Assembly: GCA_036172245.1 (NCBI GenBank)
Contig: JAYWIR010000028.1
Location: 2,418,001 to 2,482,000 of the forward strand
DNA from: Raillietiella orientalis
Taxonomy: Eukaryota
DNA length: 64,000 nt
Reading direction: 5' to 3'
Positions 11,563 through 24,919 of the stretch are shown in pieces. The notes under the pieces were generated by a model. That model did no database searches. It saw only the letters and a list, made by a program, of their open reading frames with translations, and was not told the origin of the DNA. Numbering within the stretch: position 1 is the stretch's first letter; every line of letters starts with the position of its first letter. Made by a program: the position numbers and the translations under genes.

Positions 11563-14500
11563 CTGGAATGGAAGATTTGGCTTTCAGAGTCTGAGAAGAT
11601 TTCGGGTTTCAAATTTCCTCCTCCTTCATCTTGTCTTCGAGCAGAGAAGGAAAAAGAAGAAAAAGAGGCAAGGTGTGGTCGCAATGAGGACCGAGAACAG
11701 GAGTTTTGGGTCTTTGGGTTCATCCTCATCGATTCGGAGTAAGCGACTGGAAAAGACGAACGAACCAGCACAGCAAGAAAACAGCGGGTTGGTACAGAGT
11801 CGTCGAGCGTCGCTGCGGGCGCGAACGGTGAAGGGACGCACGATCGTCCCGGAGGAAGGTGCGTTTGCACCTAGAGCACCTTCCTTCGGAGCCCGAGGCA
11901 GACCTCAGGGATGCATTTTCCTAGCCTTCGATGCGCGCGCTTCTTAAGCGATGGCAGGGACAGCCTCGCTTCCCGGAACGGAAGCGTTTCGAGAACACAG
12001 ACATGCTCGAACCTACTTCGTCTCTGGAGAACCGGGTCATCCGGCAGGCTCATAGGCCTCTCTCATGGACTCCAGGTAAACGCCAGATCTTCAGGATCTC
12101 GCCGGATTGCTTGCCACTGCCATAGACAGGTGCGACGACGGCGGCGACTTCAGGCGAGTTCGCACTCGAATCCGAGCCCTTCCACGTGCTCCTCTGCGAC
12201 CCTGCTGCCCCTTGGGACCTAAAGTTTGGCGTCCTTCGACACGACGGAAGTTAGGAACGGTCCTGTCCCAGTGATTTCATACAGACTCGGAGCATGAGAG
12301 CTGCCCACCTTCGGGACTAACTGCTTTGGACATCGAATCGGTGCGCACTCTAGCGAATACTACTATCCTGTCGTCCATGGTAACCAGCATCGCCCGATGG
12401 GAGTCGCATGGGGCTTAGCGTTCGGTTCATCCCCAAAGGACCAGTTTCTCTTAACAAAACAAGTCCACTGGGGCACTCAGCGTCCAAACAAGCAGGACTA
12501 TCCCCCCGTGTCAAGTTTAGAGGTGAGGATTTGTCAACTCAGGAGAAAAGGACTAGGGAGAAGCGAATGAGCTAGCAGTGCCCCACGTCCATTTCGTCTC
12601 CTCACTCTCGCCGCGGAAGATGTTTCTCCCGCAGGCATTCAGCAGTGCCAAAGAAGTACACGGATCCTCACAGGCGATCCCGCGTCACGTGACCTGCCCA
12701 CAGCAAGGTTACGCAGAAGGAAATCGCTCTTGGGATTCTCATCACTGCTTTCCAAGAGCAGCTTTCAATCTGGTCCCTTCAGTGCTTGACGACGCCAGAG
12801 TCCTGGCCTCTTCAGCATGACTCTGGGAGCCGCTTCTGTTCCGTTTCTCGGGTGCATCTCTGGTTCCATAGAAAGCAAGAAAAAATTCCCAGCTGCTGCT
12901 CCACTCCTCATGTCAGGAGGAATTCGATCTTCTTTCTTTTTCACCGATCTGAACTGATGTTTCTTACTCAATGGATAAATCTCTCCAGCAGGAGCCTCCT
13001 CAGCATAGACAGAAGAGTACATTTCACGTCGAAAATCCACCAACAGGCAGTGATGGATGGATTAAAGCCTCAATGGCAGCTCTCTCACGACGATGTCTGC
13101 TTCTTCGCATCCCATCACTGGACTCTTTCCTTATTTTGTTAACCGCCGCCGCAGTCACCAGCTGCTCTCTTCCTGACTTTTCTACTCTTTGGTTTCCATT
13201 TCGTTCCTGGATCACAGGCAGATTTTCTTTTCTATTCTTCGTGAATTCTGACTGCTACTCGTGTCTTCTCTCTCTCTTTCTCCCCTCCTTCCTTACACGC
13301 ATCTATCATCGGATGATGATCTGCCGACTTTTCAAATCTTCGTTTCATCCGGTTATTTTAATCTTCTCGGTGATCACACGTCCCGCCCTGCCCATTCTTC
13401 AGCTTCGTCCCTTTAAAGTGCCGAGAAGTCGAAAATTTTAGTAAACTCGAGCTGAAGATGCTGACGAAAAGCTCTCTCATGGAGTGAAGACAGATGGATG
13501 AGCGCTCAACCGCCGCATCTTCGTGAGCTCAATCTCGAAAGTTTCCGAGACAGCTTTCCTCGTGACAGACACGCCGGTGCCTGACGAAAGAAGCTACGAT
13601 CGCATAATGTGGTTTGTTTCAGAGCCGCCACAGAGCCCTCGTTCCTTTATGCTGTCCGTTGCGGCTGCCAAGGGGGGTCCTCGAAACTTCACTCTTTGAG
13701 TCTCATCTCCACGCTCTCGCGAATTTTCTTCCTGAGAGTGCTGAAGGAGGACGGGTTTTGCCAGAATCTCTTTTCGTCTCCCCTCTGCTTCCGGAGAAGA
13801 ATCTCACTCTTCCCGGGCATTATTTCCGTGGATCCGATATGCTGGTTCCTCGGAGTCGCTACTTGGCACCAAGCCGATGCACTCAACTCGATCCGGGCGT
13901 TTCCAAGTGAGGCCTCAAGTCAGTGGGAAGGCGACAAACATTTCTTGGCTTTCCTAGACTCTTGTTTCTCCCTTCTTTTTTTCGCCTGGATTTTTATTGT
14001 CAACGAGATGAAGAATCGCTGTTTCTCTCAGCTTCCCTCAGTGGATGGCGTGGGAAGAACAAGAAATGCATCATAAAGAGCAGAGTAAATGCCAAGAGAC
14101 GCATGTGTACCATTTTCAGGTACCTGTAAGGGCATCCCCCTGACGTTGCAATCGAAGCTTCTGGAAAATTATTGACGTGTTTGCAGGACAAGTCCCCTCA
14201 GCGTCTTAGCACGTGGTAGTCACGGAGACGGGGTCAGCACCTCTTCCCAAGTACTCCTTCCACTCCACACTGGGGGGCCTCTGCCGAGGGGGGGGGGGGG
14301 AAGAGAATGGTATTTGCAGGACGGCTGTTTACACACGCGCGCACCGCGGTTCTGCGTCCTCAGCCCTCTAAAAAGAAAGCGGAGGCACCTGAGGCGGCCG
14401 TCTCCAAGGTTCCGCAGGCAGACTCGGGAATGCGTGAGTTTATGTGAGCGATGCTTCCCGAAGGAGGAACCGAGCTCTGGAAATTCTCGACCAGAGAGGG

Positions 14501-17500
14501 CAAAGGGGCGTTCGTGAAGCGCGCTAGACGCCGTTCTGGAGGAACGGAATTTCCCTTAGCAGGGAAGCGCGGGGTCCCTCCTCAACCCTTCCGATGTTCT
14601 TTCTCCTGCTGCACAATCATAAGCTTCCGTCGGTTGGAGCACCCTTTTGTGCTCCAAACGTCTTCGAGGGTGGAAGGTCAACCTCTTCGCTCGGGTACCC
14701 ACAAGCGAGCGACCTGCTCTGCGGCCGTCGTCAACTTGTTTCTGAATAGGAGTCTCTTCCACTCCTGTCTGATGATTACTGCCTCGAGCACTACGGGAAG
14801 GAGGACTCTGGCGTAAAAGGGAGCCGGGATTTGTTTGCCACACACACGCACTCCCCTCCTTGCCTGAGCGAGTGCTCACGTGGTTGGAAACCAAAGGCTC
14901 GAGGTAGCGAGGGAAAGGCGGAAAGCGAAAGCCGCAATGTGGTCACGCCCAATTTTGAGGTCAGAAATCCACGGAACAAACCTCCCGAGATCACATCAGG
15001 CGCCATCGACTCCTCTTCGCGGACGAGCTCCGTGAGAACGGGAAGAATCCTGCAGAGTGGAATGCGGGGAACGCGGCGCGGGAGACGCTACATCTCAACG
15101 TAACAGGGACGCCCTTAGGGTGGGCGTACCCATGTCGCCTCTGTCGATCCGGACGGCCATAATCTTTCTCAACAGGAGTGGATCGATGGCATAGCTACTG
15201 ATGCTGCAGGGAGACGGAATTCGGATGCACGAAGCATCTTTTCACTTTGCTAACTTTCCGCGCGCATCAGCATCGAGACGTTGTTTTGACTGGACTCTTA
15301 GCAGCAGAGCCGGAAAGCTGCACGCAACCTCCCTCTCACTCAGACGTTGTCCGAGTCCATGTAGCTTCCCTCCCGCTTCGGGAATCTGCCAATTTTTAGA
15401 CCTTTTGGCTCTGATGCCATCTCCGGCATCCGTGGAAGGGGAGAAACAGATGCTCTGATCTTCTGTGTGAGCTCATATTTGCTTAGGTTCTGCCTTCTCA
15501 TCTCCGTTCATGCTCCTCGTGCATCTCATAAACTCATTTCAGTCTCTGGGACTTTTACTCACCGAATTCTCATGAACGTGAACACTGCCACGCCCTAATT
15601 GGATCGCAACTCAATGCGAAACGTCGTGGTCCAGCCGGACCTTTCGAACTGCTTCCCTATCCTCGATCGCTTCACATTTTCCGTGATCATTAAATGAATC
15701 ATCACAATCTCCATTATTTCTTCGAACAAACGAAGAGCAGTTCAGTGCTTTTGAACTCAGTCCTGTGACATGAGGGTGACAAACACGAAGATCAGCTTGT
15801 CTCTTGGATGCACCCCCTGCGTTCCTTCAAGACGAGGGGGTCCGATTACAGCGCTTTCAAGAATCGAACTCTTCGAATGACACCTTAAAAGTGAGGATGC
15901 TGGCGTCTGTCCGATGTGAGACGAGTTTCCACAGAGCGTGACCTCCGAAGACGGACGCAAGGAATCGGCAGAAAGGTGACGGTGGGGCCACGAGACGGCG
16001 CCCAGGGCATTCCCCGAAGATGGCTTGAGGGAACTAGGATTGGTCGAAACGAGAGGAGGCTTCGACGGAGCCAACACGGGCCGAGTCGAAGGAAGGTCTG
16101 TACGCGCCCAATGCGATCGCGTTCCAGAATTCAGGGATGAAGACAATGGAAAAAAGATCGAAAGTATCGGCTTCTGTGATCTGTTCCCTCTCTAATCCCT
16201 CTATCTGTCGAGTAAACACGGACCTTCTGGGTGCAGTTGGTCGGTTTCTCACGATGCTCCAATCTTCTTTCACAGATACCTCTTTTGTCTTTTTGCATTC
16301 GGAACAATCTCCTGTCCATGAATTCTATATTGCATTTAATTCCCCGAGTTTCATTTTTTCCCCTGCGTCCCTTAGGAGTCAAAAGAAGGTGTACGGCATA
16401 ACAGAACACAATGTACAAGCCAGAAGCTCGAATCTAAAGATGCAGAAAAATCAATGATCCAATGCATACGTACATAAGCACGCTTATAATGTCCCAGTGT
16501 TCGAAAATTCTGTGAAATTCACTTGCGAAGGATCAGTTTTTTCGCGCTTGCACACATCGTGTCAATCATCGACGAACTAAGATCATCGATGGGTCCATGG
16601 AACTGATCAATCGGAACACGAAAAAGTCTCCCTCGATTTTGTCGGATCTTCATGGGTCGCGCCGCATTCACCTATGAGTTTGCAGTCAACGATGGAAGCA
16701 TTCGGATCGAAAAGCGCCCGTTCTCTTAAAAGGGAGTGTTGCCCAATCCCGGAATGACTCGGCTTCTTATTTCGTGTCGTCGATTCAGTGTTCCGAGCAG
16801 GTCGCACTTGCAGGTTCTGCTGGAGTTCTCCCTGCAGCTGGCACCGACGACGGATCCGACGGTACACCACGTGGCATGCGAACAGGGGACTAAAGGATTT
16901 TCCGCCACAGCCGACAGGGAGGAATGAAGTCCTCGAAGGTCTTCGAAGGGAGCAGAGCCCTTGAATCATTTGATTTCGGCATCCTCGCGTGGGTGTACAA
17001 TTTATGGACGGCAGAAGCCTTCCTCTGTGCAGCTGTTTCCACGAAGAGGCGCACAGACTCCCCAGATTCGGTCGTTCCTCGATCATCATCCGCACCGCAA
17101 CGTATCTCGCACACCGTGATATCAGTTCATCTCGAACGTCTGGCAAAGATCACGCATCCTCCCCAGGTGTTCTCCAGCTACGAGCCGAGGTCTCCGAAGC
17201 TCCACCGCGCTTTCTAAGCGCCCAATAAAGATCGTGAAAGCCGAATATCATTTATTATAAGTTCTCCATCAGCATGACATTCAGTAACTTCGAAAGCACG
17301 GGTCACACCGCACACGGCCTTCTACGAACATATTCGTGCAAAATAGAATGCGCTGCTTGCTTATGACTCTCCCGCACTTGCCAGACTGCTGCCATGACGC
17401 GTCAATGGCCATTTCTAAATGCGAGGGGAAACTTTCCACCGTGGATCTCTCTTGAAAGCAGTTCGATCCTTGCAAATGAGCCGGGAAAAAAGCAAAGCCT

Positions 17501-17720
17501 GTTGTGATTGCAATCAACTTTTAACGGACACTAACGGTTCTGCATGCAAGCGTCTGGGAAAACGTGTCTCGACTGGACAAACACCATCGGATGAAGGGGG
17601 ATTTCGATTAGGACGCTCTGTTAGATTCTTATTACCTCTCCACCGGCACACGGATGGAGGTTATGAGCTCCAAAAGCATGCAGGTAGCAGTCGAAATAAT
17701 GGATGAGAAAAATCATTTAC

Positions 17721-17832
17721 CTATCCACGTTCTGTCCAGATAAATGGATACAAATGATGGAGGAATGGTGAAATAATCCACAAAGGAATACATTTCCAGC
17801 ATGAACCAAAGTTTATCATTCGCAGCTATAAA
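17721..17832 (-). CDS. slo: Slo1 coding exon 4 (112 nt): S2-S3 loop and S3
   Basis: Acceptor [52 protein letters not shown](G); donor G|GTAAAT. Confidence 0.97.
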
Positions 17833-17924
17833 CTGGGAATGGAAACAAACAGAAAAATGAACCGTTACTGAGGTTGCCATGAAGCCAGGTTCACATTCAC
17901 ATGGAACCACAAATGTCTACTTAC

Positions 17925-18021
17925 ACGTATAAAAAAATATATCATGAAAAAAATGTTTAACGCTAAATCTATCTGAAGGGTCGTATTGTTTGACCAATTT
18001 TCGCATTTCTCTACAGTATCA
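17925..18021 (-). CDS. slo: Slo1 coding exon 3 (97 nt): S1-S2 loop and S2
   Basis: Acceptor CTGCTCTCCAG|T; (S)DTVEKCENWSNNTTLQIDLALNIFFMIYFFIR; donor CGT|GTAAGT. Not in the ORF track. Confidence 0.96.
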
Positions 18022-18079
18022 CTGGAGAGCAGATTCTCTGTATTAGTGGTGGTTGTTCAGGCACTTGCACTCGACTTAC

Positions 18080-18141
18080 CTAGAAGCATCAATAAAATAT
18101 ATCACTAGAGATGCTATGCTGAGAAGGAAAACCAGCACCAC
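18080..18141 (-). CDS. slo: Slo1 coding exon 2 (62 nt): S1
   Basis: Acceptor CTCATTTCAG|GTG; VVLVFLLSIASLVIYFIDAS(S); donor AG|GTAAGT. Too short for the ORF track. Confidence 0.96.
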
Positions 18142-19106
18142 CTGAAATGAGCAGAGATAATTAGATTCATTCGTGGCACCCCATGCTGGCGCTCATTCGC
18201 ATTCGCAAACTGCCAATTGCATCGGAGAGAAGAACGAAGTGAGTTCGGTGCTGATCACCGAGGACACGCACGAGGTGCATTCCCGCAGACCATCCCGAAA
18301 AACCATAAGCAGGGAGGGGGCATGCCGACGTCACGCAACCAAAGTCCCCCTTGCCCGGTGACGCAGCAGCATCCAAGCACCATCCACCTAACGCAGTCCG
18401 ACAGGCCGTCCTGAAACTCCACGGTCGGGACGTCACCCACCCACGCACGAATTCCCTATCGTAGAATGGTCTGGAGCTACAGCTACGGGAGTGGTGTGCA
18501 CGCAACACACTTGGAAAACATTCTGCCGTCCACACTCTTAATCTTGAACACTTCCTGTCTCGGGGTGTCTTTGGCTTTGGCATTGTGCAGGGGTTGTGCT
18601 GTAGCGATCAGCAAGGTTTCGGGAATTGCGGAAGGAAGGTGATTGACGAATCGAATAAATCCCTGGAAGGCTTTTTTTTTTCCTAAACGCCATGCTGTTT
18701 TCCGGGACCACGGAATTTTTTCTCCACTATCGCCTCTCTTTTCTCGTTCCTCTGTCGCTATCTTCCGCCCCTGCACCCTTAACTCTCAGCTTAGCCCTCA
18801 GTTTTTCGTGACCTCGCCTTCACTTTTCAGCGTCGAACTCTGACTTTAGAAAGTTCGTGGTGTTCATTATAGCCAATTTTTTTTTCTTCCAGGGCATGAA
18901 TCCGCAACAGGATGTTGCGCTCTCAGAGATTCGCATTCCGCGAACAACAGAGAGGAGTTCGCGAGGGAGGGCCAAACTTAAGACGAATCTCCTTCCTCCC
19001 CTGAGCAGCAGCATGGAGGTGCAAAACCACCGATCTCCGGTGGCGCTTCCCAGCTCTTCAGACGTTCTGAAGAGGTCGAACGAAGGGATGTGAAAGACAT
19101 GAGGTG

Positions 19107-19131
19107 GCAGCGTCCTGCAGCGTCCTGCAGC
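19107..19131. repeat. 10-bp tandem repeat, 2.5 copies
   Basis: GCAGCGTCCT GCAGCGTCCT GCAGC. Confidence 0.85.
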
Positions 19132-22100
19132 AACAGTACCGTGACAGGCGGAGCTCTGCATTATACGGGACCTCTGAGTTATACATGAATAACCCTTCGA
19201 GTTCTATGGACACATAGACGAAAGCTATCAGCGTGCGCTATGGACAGCGCATCTATGCGTCTGGCAGACGTCCTCACCTTGTACACGCGACACAAGTGAA
19301 CACTATCCACGTTTGAGATGAATACACACACTTGCCTTCTTACAATAATTCCCTCAGCAGCGACAGTCAGCAAAATTCTATTTCTATCGGTTACCTGCCC
19401 TCGAGAATAGCATAATACTATGGCAGCATCGTATATAATTTGTTATATTGTACCACACCCAATGAATTATTGATTTTATTGGAATTGTGGTTGCAATTCC
19501 CAAGTAAATGCGTTTGGGAAAAGCGGAAACATTTCACCTAATGTGGTGTAAATAAGCAGTGACCGTGGTAACTCGAATCCGCACTTTCTATGTGGTCAAC
19601 GGGTGCCTCGATGGAGTGGGTGGTACGCGAAGAAGCGTTCTGCCCCCCCCCCCGCGACCCGCGTGCCGTCAGCACGGAACGTTTACACCGGATGACCTCC
19701 GCGCCCAGAGAAATAACATGGTAGTCCCCATAAAAGATTAAAACTGGATCTTAAGCCTTATGAAAGGAGGATATTCAAATGTTTATTCCACTTTAAGACA
19801 AAAAATGATCAACACTGCTTATCTATTATTTCAGTTGAAGTAAAAGAAAGGTTTTTAGAGTTTTCTCGATACTTAATCAGTTTGAACCATCTTATGGCCT
19901 CAGCTCCGTCATTCTCGCTGTTGGGGAATCTCCCTGAATTTTCTCGAAAATCCGAAGGGGGCACAGTTAATCCACCCAGATCACGTGTTCTTTTGTTCTT
20001 TCGAAAAAGCAGCTCAACTGACTCCGGACCACAAAATTGAAATTTACCCACAGCGTCGAACGGGACTGATTCAGAGCCCTGTAGCAGGGATGAGGCCGTT
20101 TTTTCGTCGCGTTATGGGAGCCTCCGTTATACAGAATGTCTACTACGCTTGAGCACGCTGCTCTGCGTAGGAAGAAAAACACAGATCCCATGTCAACAGC
20201 CTCCCAGCATCTCGCAACGTCAGCTCACCTTCGAAGGCCTTTTATAAGGGAGGAGATGCGGACGCAACGGGGAAAGACGCAACCTCGAAGGGGAACCGTT
20301 CAAGTCGAGCAGATTTAGGGCACGAAGATGGAACAGGCTTTTCTCCTCCGCGAAGAGAGCGGACTTTCCCGTGCTGACCAGGAGCCCCATCGCTGCCCTC
20401 GTAAATGGATCTCGCGAGCGAAGGAAAAAGCACCCGGGGAAAAGAAATTCCGCGCGTCCTCGGGAATGTCCCCCGCTGCAAAATCCCCGTCAGGCTTGCT
20501 GGCTGCCCTGTGCTGACCGGGAGCACGGGGCGAGGCTTCCTCGAAATGCATCCACCTGCCGGCCCCACCCTGACGCGAGCAGCTGCTTCTTCGCCCAGCC
20601 TCCACTTCTGCCGTCGAATTCAAGCCTGCCATCCGACGTCCACCCAGCGAACAATCGGCAAATGTCAGGTGAGGTGGCACCCGACGGCTGCTGTCCTCAG
20701 TGCGGATCCCTTCCCCGAGTGCGGTTGGCACCGACGATGGCTTGGTTCCTTCTCCCCAGCCGCGGAAGGGATGGCTAATGCACGAATGAGAAGGTAAGCG
20801 TTCCTTTCCCAAGAGTCGGAGGAAACATTCCCACGTTCCGCACGGACAGGAAGAGGTTTCGCAATCCGCTTTGCCGTTTCCAGAACGGGTCGAGAAGCTC
20901 TCCTGGAAGCCTCTTCGGAGCTCCCAGGTAGGCTTCGAGGCGAGAGCTCCTGTTTTTCGGGGAAACTCCACTGCCACCTTGCCGGTTCCGGTGTTCTTTG
21001 GTCATTTGGCGCGGGAAGAACTCTCTTTTTTTATGAGCCTTGGAAGGATCCACTCGACAATCCCTGTTACGGAACATCAGGGGATCTTCGCAGTCGAGCA
21101 TTACAAATGAAGTTCTGGATGCGGCGATGCGGAAAGAGATCCGAGTTTCTCAGCATCTGTTGATAGCAAGGCTCTCTGTGAGCAGCTTCGGGGGCACGCT
21201 GGAGTATCCAAGAGAGTTTCAGAAGGCTCTCCGTTCGTTTTCTTACTCTTTTGTGCTATCGGAAAGGCAGGAGGGGTTCTAAAGGCAGGGGTGGGAGCTA
21301 CGCGCGCCGATATGCCGGGGTCTCCAAGACACCGGCCTCCGAAGCTTTTGGAATCCCCTTGCAGTCGAAGGACCAAAAGCGAGCCTCACTGAGGCTACGT
21401 ACGCGGTCCTTCGCAGGTCCTTAAGCCCGGCTTCCCTGTCTCAAGGCAGCGCGTCCGGAAGCCCAAGAGCGCAGCTGGACGCTTCCGAGTTCTTTGAACG
21501 GCAGAATGCTCTTTGTCCACACACAGCACTTGGCAGGAGAGCCGAAGGAGGATCTGGAGGGAACGGGAAGCCCTTGGTTGCATCTAGGTTGTCGGCTGAT
21601 CCCGGGAGAGATATTAGCGGGGGACGGAAGCAGGGCCGTTCAGAAACACCACCGAACTGGAGCGAAGAATCCCGCGAACTCCCAGCAGGTGTTCCCGCGA
21701 AGGTCCTCCTAGCGAATTGGTTTCGTCAGTCTCGTCGGAAGTCTGGAGAAGGGTGCCTGTTCCGCAATTAGGTTTGAGGTCCCCGCCCTTCTTGACATTG
21801 TGATAGCAGGTGTACTCACGCCCACCCCATGAGATCCGGTTGCACTGGATCGTTGTCCCTATCGAATCGTCGCCGTGACTGCACATCTTGCAAGGAGTCG
21901 CGGAAGTGTTTCTCCGGCACTCTTAGACCGCGAGAGTGCCGAGCTCGAAAAGCGAAAGCAAAAAAGGACATTCTGGAAGCATTCTAACAGAAGTACCAGC
22001 AGCAGCAACATCTGAACTCTGTCTTTTCGGAGTCAGGCAGCAGAGAAAGCGAAGATTCCAGCTTCAGGCGGCCCTTCCGAGGGGTGAGGGAGATATATTC

Positions 22101-24838
22101 CGGCAAAAGCGAATCCTCAAAGCGAGCTCATCAAAGAGCGACGCTTCCGATGCCGCCGAAATTCTGAGGATTGCCCTCGCACGTGGGCATCGCGACTCGT
22201 AGAAGCTGACGCGAAAAGCGCGCATGATACCCTCGTAAACAGCTTCCTCAGAGAAAGCAACCCGTTCCTTGCAATCACTCATGGGATGGAGACCGGTAAC
22301 TTCCTCCCAGTGCCTCTTCAAGGGCCTGCTTTCTGATGAAGCTAATAATATGAGCCACACGTAAGAAATAACAGCGATCCATCTTCCGAAATGAGTTGGA
22401 GGAACGAAAATCGAAGTGGACAATGAAATTTATGGGCAGGAGCAAAGCATCGCTTAGCCCTCACCCACTCCTCACTCACGCCTTCTTCCCCCATCCTGAT
22501 TTGGTAAGAGAAATTTCATGTTCTGGATTTTTTCTGTTGTTGTTTTTGTTCTTTTTTTGCCCTGTGCTTGGCATTTTCGAAGAGTCGCGTTGCCGTGTGA
22601 AACGGAAGAAAGGAAATGTTCCCGGGAACTTCCAGCCACCCTTCAGTTTTAATGCATGCGATACCAATCTGCAGCAAAGAGACGGAGGGTTTTATCGTCT
22701 CTGCCTGGCTGCTTGCTACCCACATCGGTTTTCTCTTTTCTTGGGGTTCTTCACAGAGATCTGCTCTTCCATAAACCTCCGAGCTCGTAAAGCACTCGCA
22801 CTTGCATGCCCGATTCTCCTGGGTCAATACTTTCTTATCGTCGGAAAAACACATCCTCTGCAGCAGCCTCCCCTCGACGCTCGCCATTTTAGGAGCCGGT
22901 CGTGTTCGTTTCTCCGAGGGTCCTGCAGCCTGGAGTTGGGAAATCCGGTGCTAGGGATCTGTGAGGAGGAAGAGAAGGGAAGTTGCCGCCGAGCAGGTGG
23001 CGATGGCGAACGGGACGGTGTCACCAGAGACGCCGAAGTCTCTTGCGGTCTGAGAATCGGGGATCCCCGTCGCCATCTCAGAGAGGAAACAACCAAGGAA
23101 AGCCTCGTGTCTCAGAGACAAGATCTGAAAGTTTGTGGATCCATTATTCAGTTAAATAGGCCGGCAGAGGGCTTGAAAGTGCCCGGTTTCTACGGCGTTG
23201 ATCCAACTCTTTGCTTCTCTGAAGCGATAAAGACCCCTCCCCCCCCGCAGCTCGCGAGAAAAGGCACTGCAAGCCGAGGTTGCTCCATACGATGCCGAGA
23301 GCATCCTTGGTTTCCAGTGAACACCAACTTCCTTTCCATGCCGCTTTGTTCTTCCCTGTCTCTGAGATGGTGGGCTACGAGAAGGCACAGAAGAATGGAT
23401 GCGTTCTTACATCCGAAAATGTCATCACCTATGCATTTCATCAGATCTGTCGTGCGTTTCTGCTGATGCCGCTTATCTACCGTACTGACTGCCCCCTGAT
23501 TCCGAGGAAGAAATCCCTGTTCACCCAACGAGGTTCTCTCTCCGTCTCCTCCCCAGAGGATCTTTGTTACGGAAGAGATAGGATACGGAAATGATTCCTG
23601 AGTATATCCTAAAAATCGAATGCCGGATGCTGCTACATGAGGGATTTCCAATGTGCGATGATGTGAATGGCAGTCCGTGGTTTAATCCACGGGTTCTTCT
23701 GGTAGGTCCATTGTTCCTTTTCCTGTAGCCCAGGTAAGTAAGAATAGTTGCATAGTTGCTTTATCGGCATCGTGTTCTCGATAAGCAAGGCTTTGCATTT
23801 GGCAAGAGCCGACTGGAGTCTTTCCCATACGAAAGGAGTGAAGAAGTAATGGATCTACAGCCTCTTCGGCAGGATTTCTACATCGTGATGGACCACCGTG
23901 ATCTCATTTTCCTCCTCTGTGAAATCGAGGCACCTTATCACTCTTCTTTCAGTGCATAAACACCCTTACTCTGTTGGAGCTCCGTTCCATAATCTTGGCA
24001 AGGGAGAAGAAAGAGGATCCAGTCAATCTTTGTTACTACAGGGACCCAGAGCATTCCCTCGTCACCTCACAAGGTGTCAAATTTCGAATTTCTAGAGGAG
24101 TCTCAAACAGGAGGATCTTTTGCTCAGAGATACGGTTCTCCGATTTTCGGTACTGAGACACTGCATCCATCTCTTCTGCGATCTCCTCGCTCTCCTAGCA
24201 GGCATTCAGTTCGATCCGGATCTATGTTCTGTACGATGCACAGAGGAGCATCTGAACCACTCGTTGGATGGTTCGTTGGCTCACTTTCTTTCAGCCGATA
24301 TCCTGAGGATTTCCATTCCCGCTCGCGATCCGAAAAGTCTTCCAACGGCGGATGCATCCAATGACGGCGTCAGATTCTCCACCTTCCTCGCAAACCATCT
24401 GACCTCTTCATCTTTTCTTTCAGACGAGTCCTTGGGACTCAAACTTGGCTTTATCTCGGTTGGTGTGCGTCCTGGGAGGGTTTGATGTCCGAGCACACCT
24501 TCTCTGATGTGCTCCCCTTGCCTCGTAGGGACCCCGAGTTCTCTCGCTATGTCGTCTTCTGCCCGATCCTGTGGATCCACGACGATCGTTCGCACCTATG
24601 CAGCTGCACCTGCAACGGCGAAGCGGAGAACCGATCCTCGATACTTTCTTTCTCTATTCGTGCCGTTTTGACTATTCCTTCGAAGCCATCGCGATTAGCG
24701 ATTCGTAGAGGCGAGCGATATCGGAGGTTTCCTGCCTCCAGTACGACTGCTCTTCCATAGACCTTGGGGCATTAGATCCTGCTCGCAGTTGGGAACCAGG
24801 CTCCGAAATGGGATGACCCGATGCTTGCAGTCCTACAA

Positions 24839-24919
24839 TCTCTGTGTGGAAGAACTTGAAATTGGGATGCTCAGCCAGCCGTCACCTAAGTTCTTCCACA
24901 CAGAGAGCATCCCAATTTC
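24839..24919. repeat. Two interleaved perfect inverted repeats (A-B-spacer-A'-B')
   Basis: A TCTCTGTGTGGAAGAACTT 24839-24857 / A' AAGTTCTTCCACACAGAGA 24888-24906 (19 bp). B GAAATTGGGATGCTC 24858-24872 / B' GAGCATCCCAATTTC 24905-24919 (15 bp). Confidence 0.95.

Noticed and set aside
22396..23466. 356-aa ORF (+) inside slo intron 1, possible nested gene
   Set aside because: No recognisable domain or motif, runs through poly-T tracts, and its track start is a non-ATG codon.
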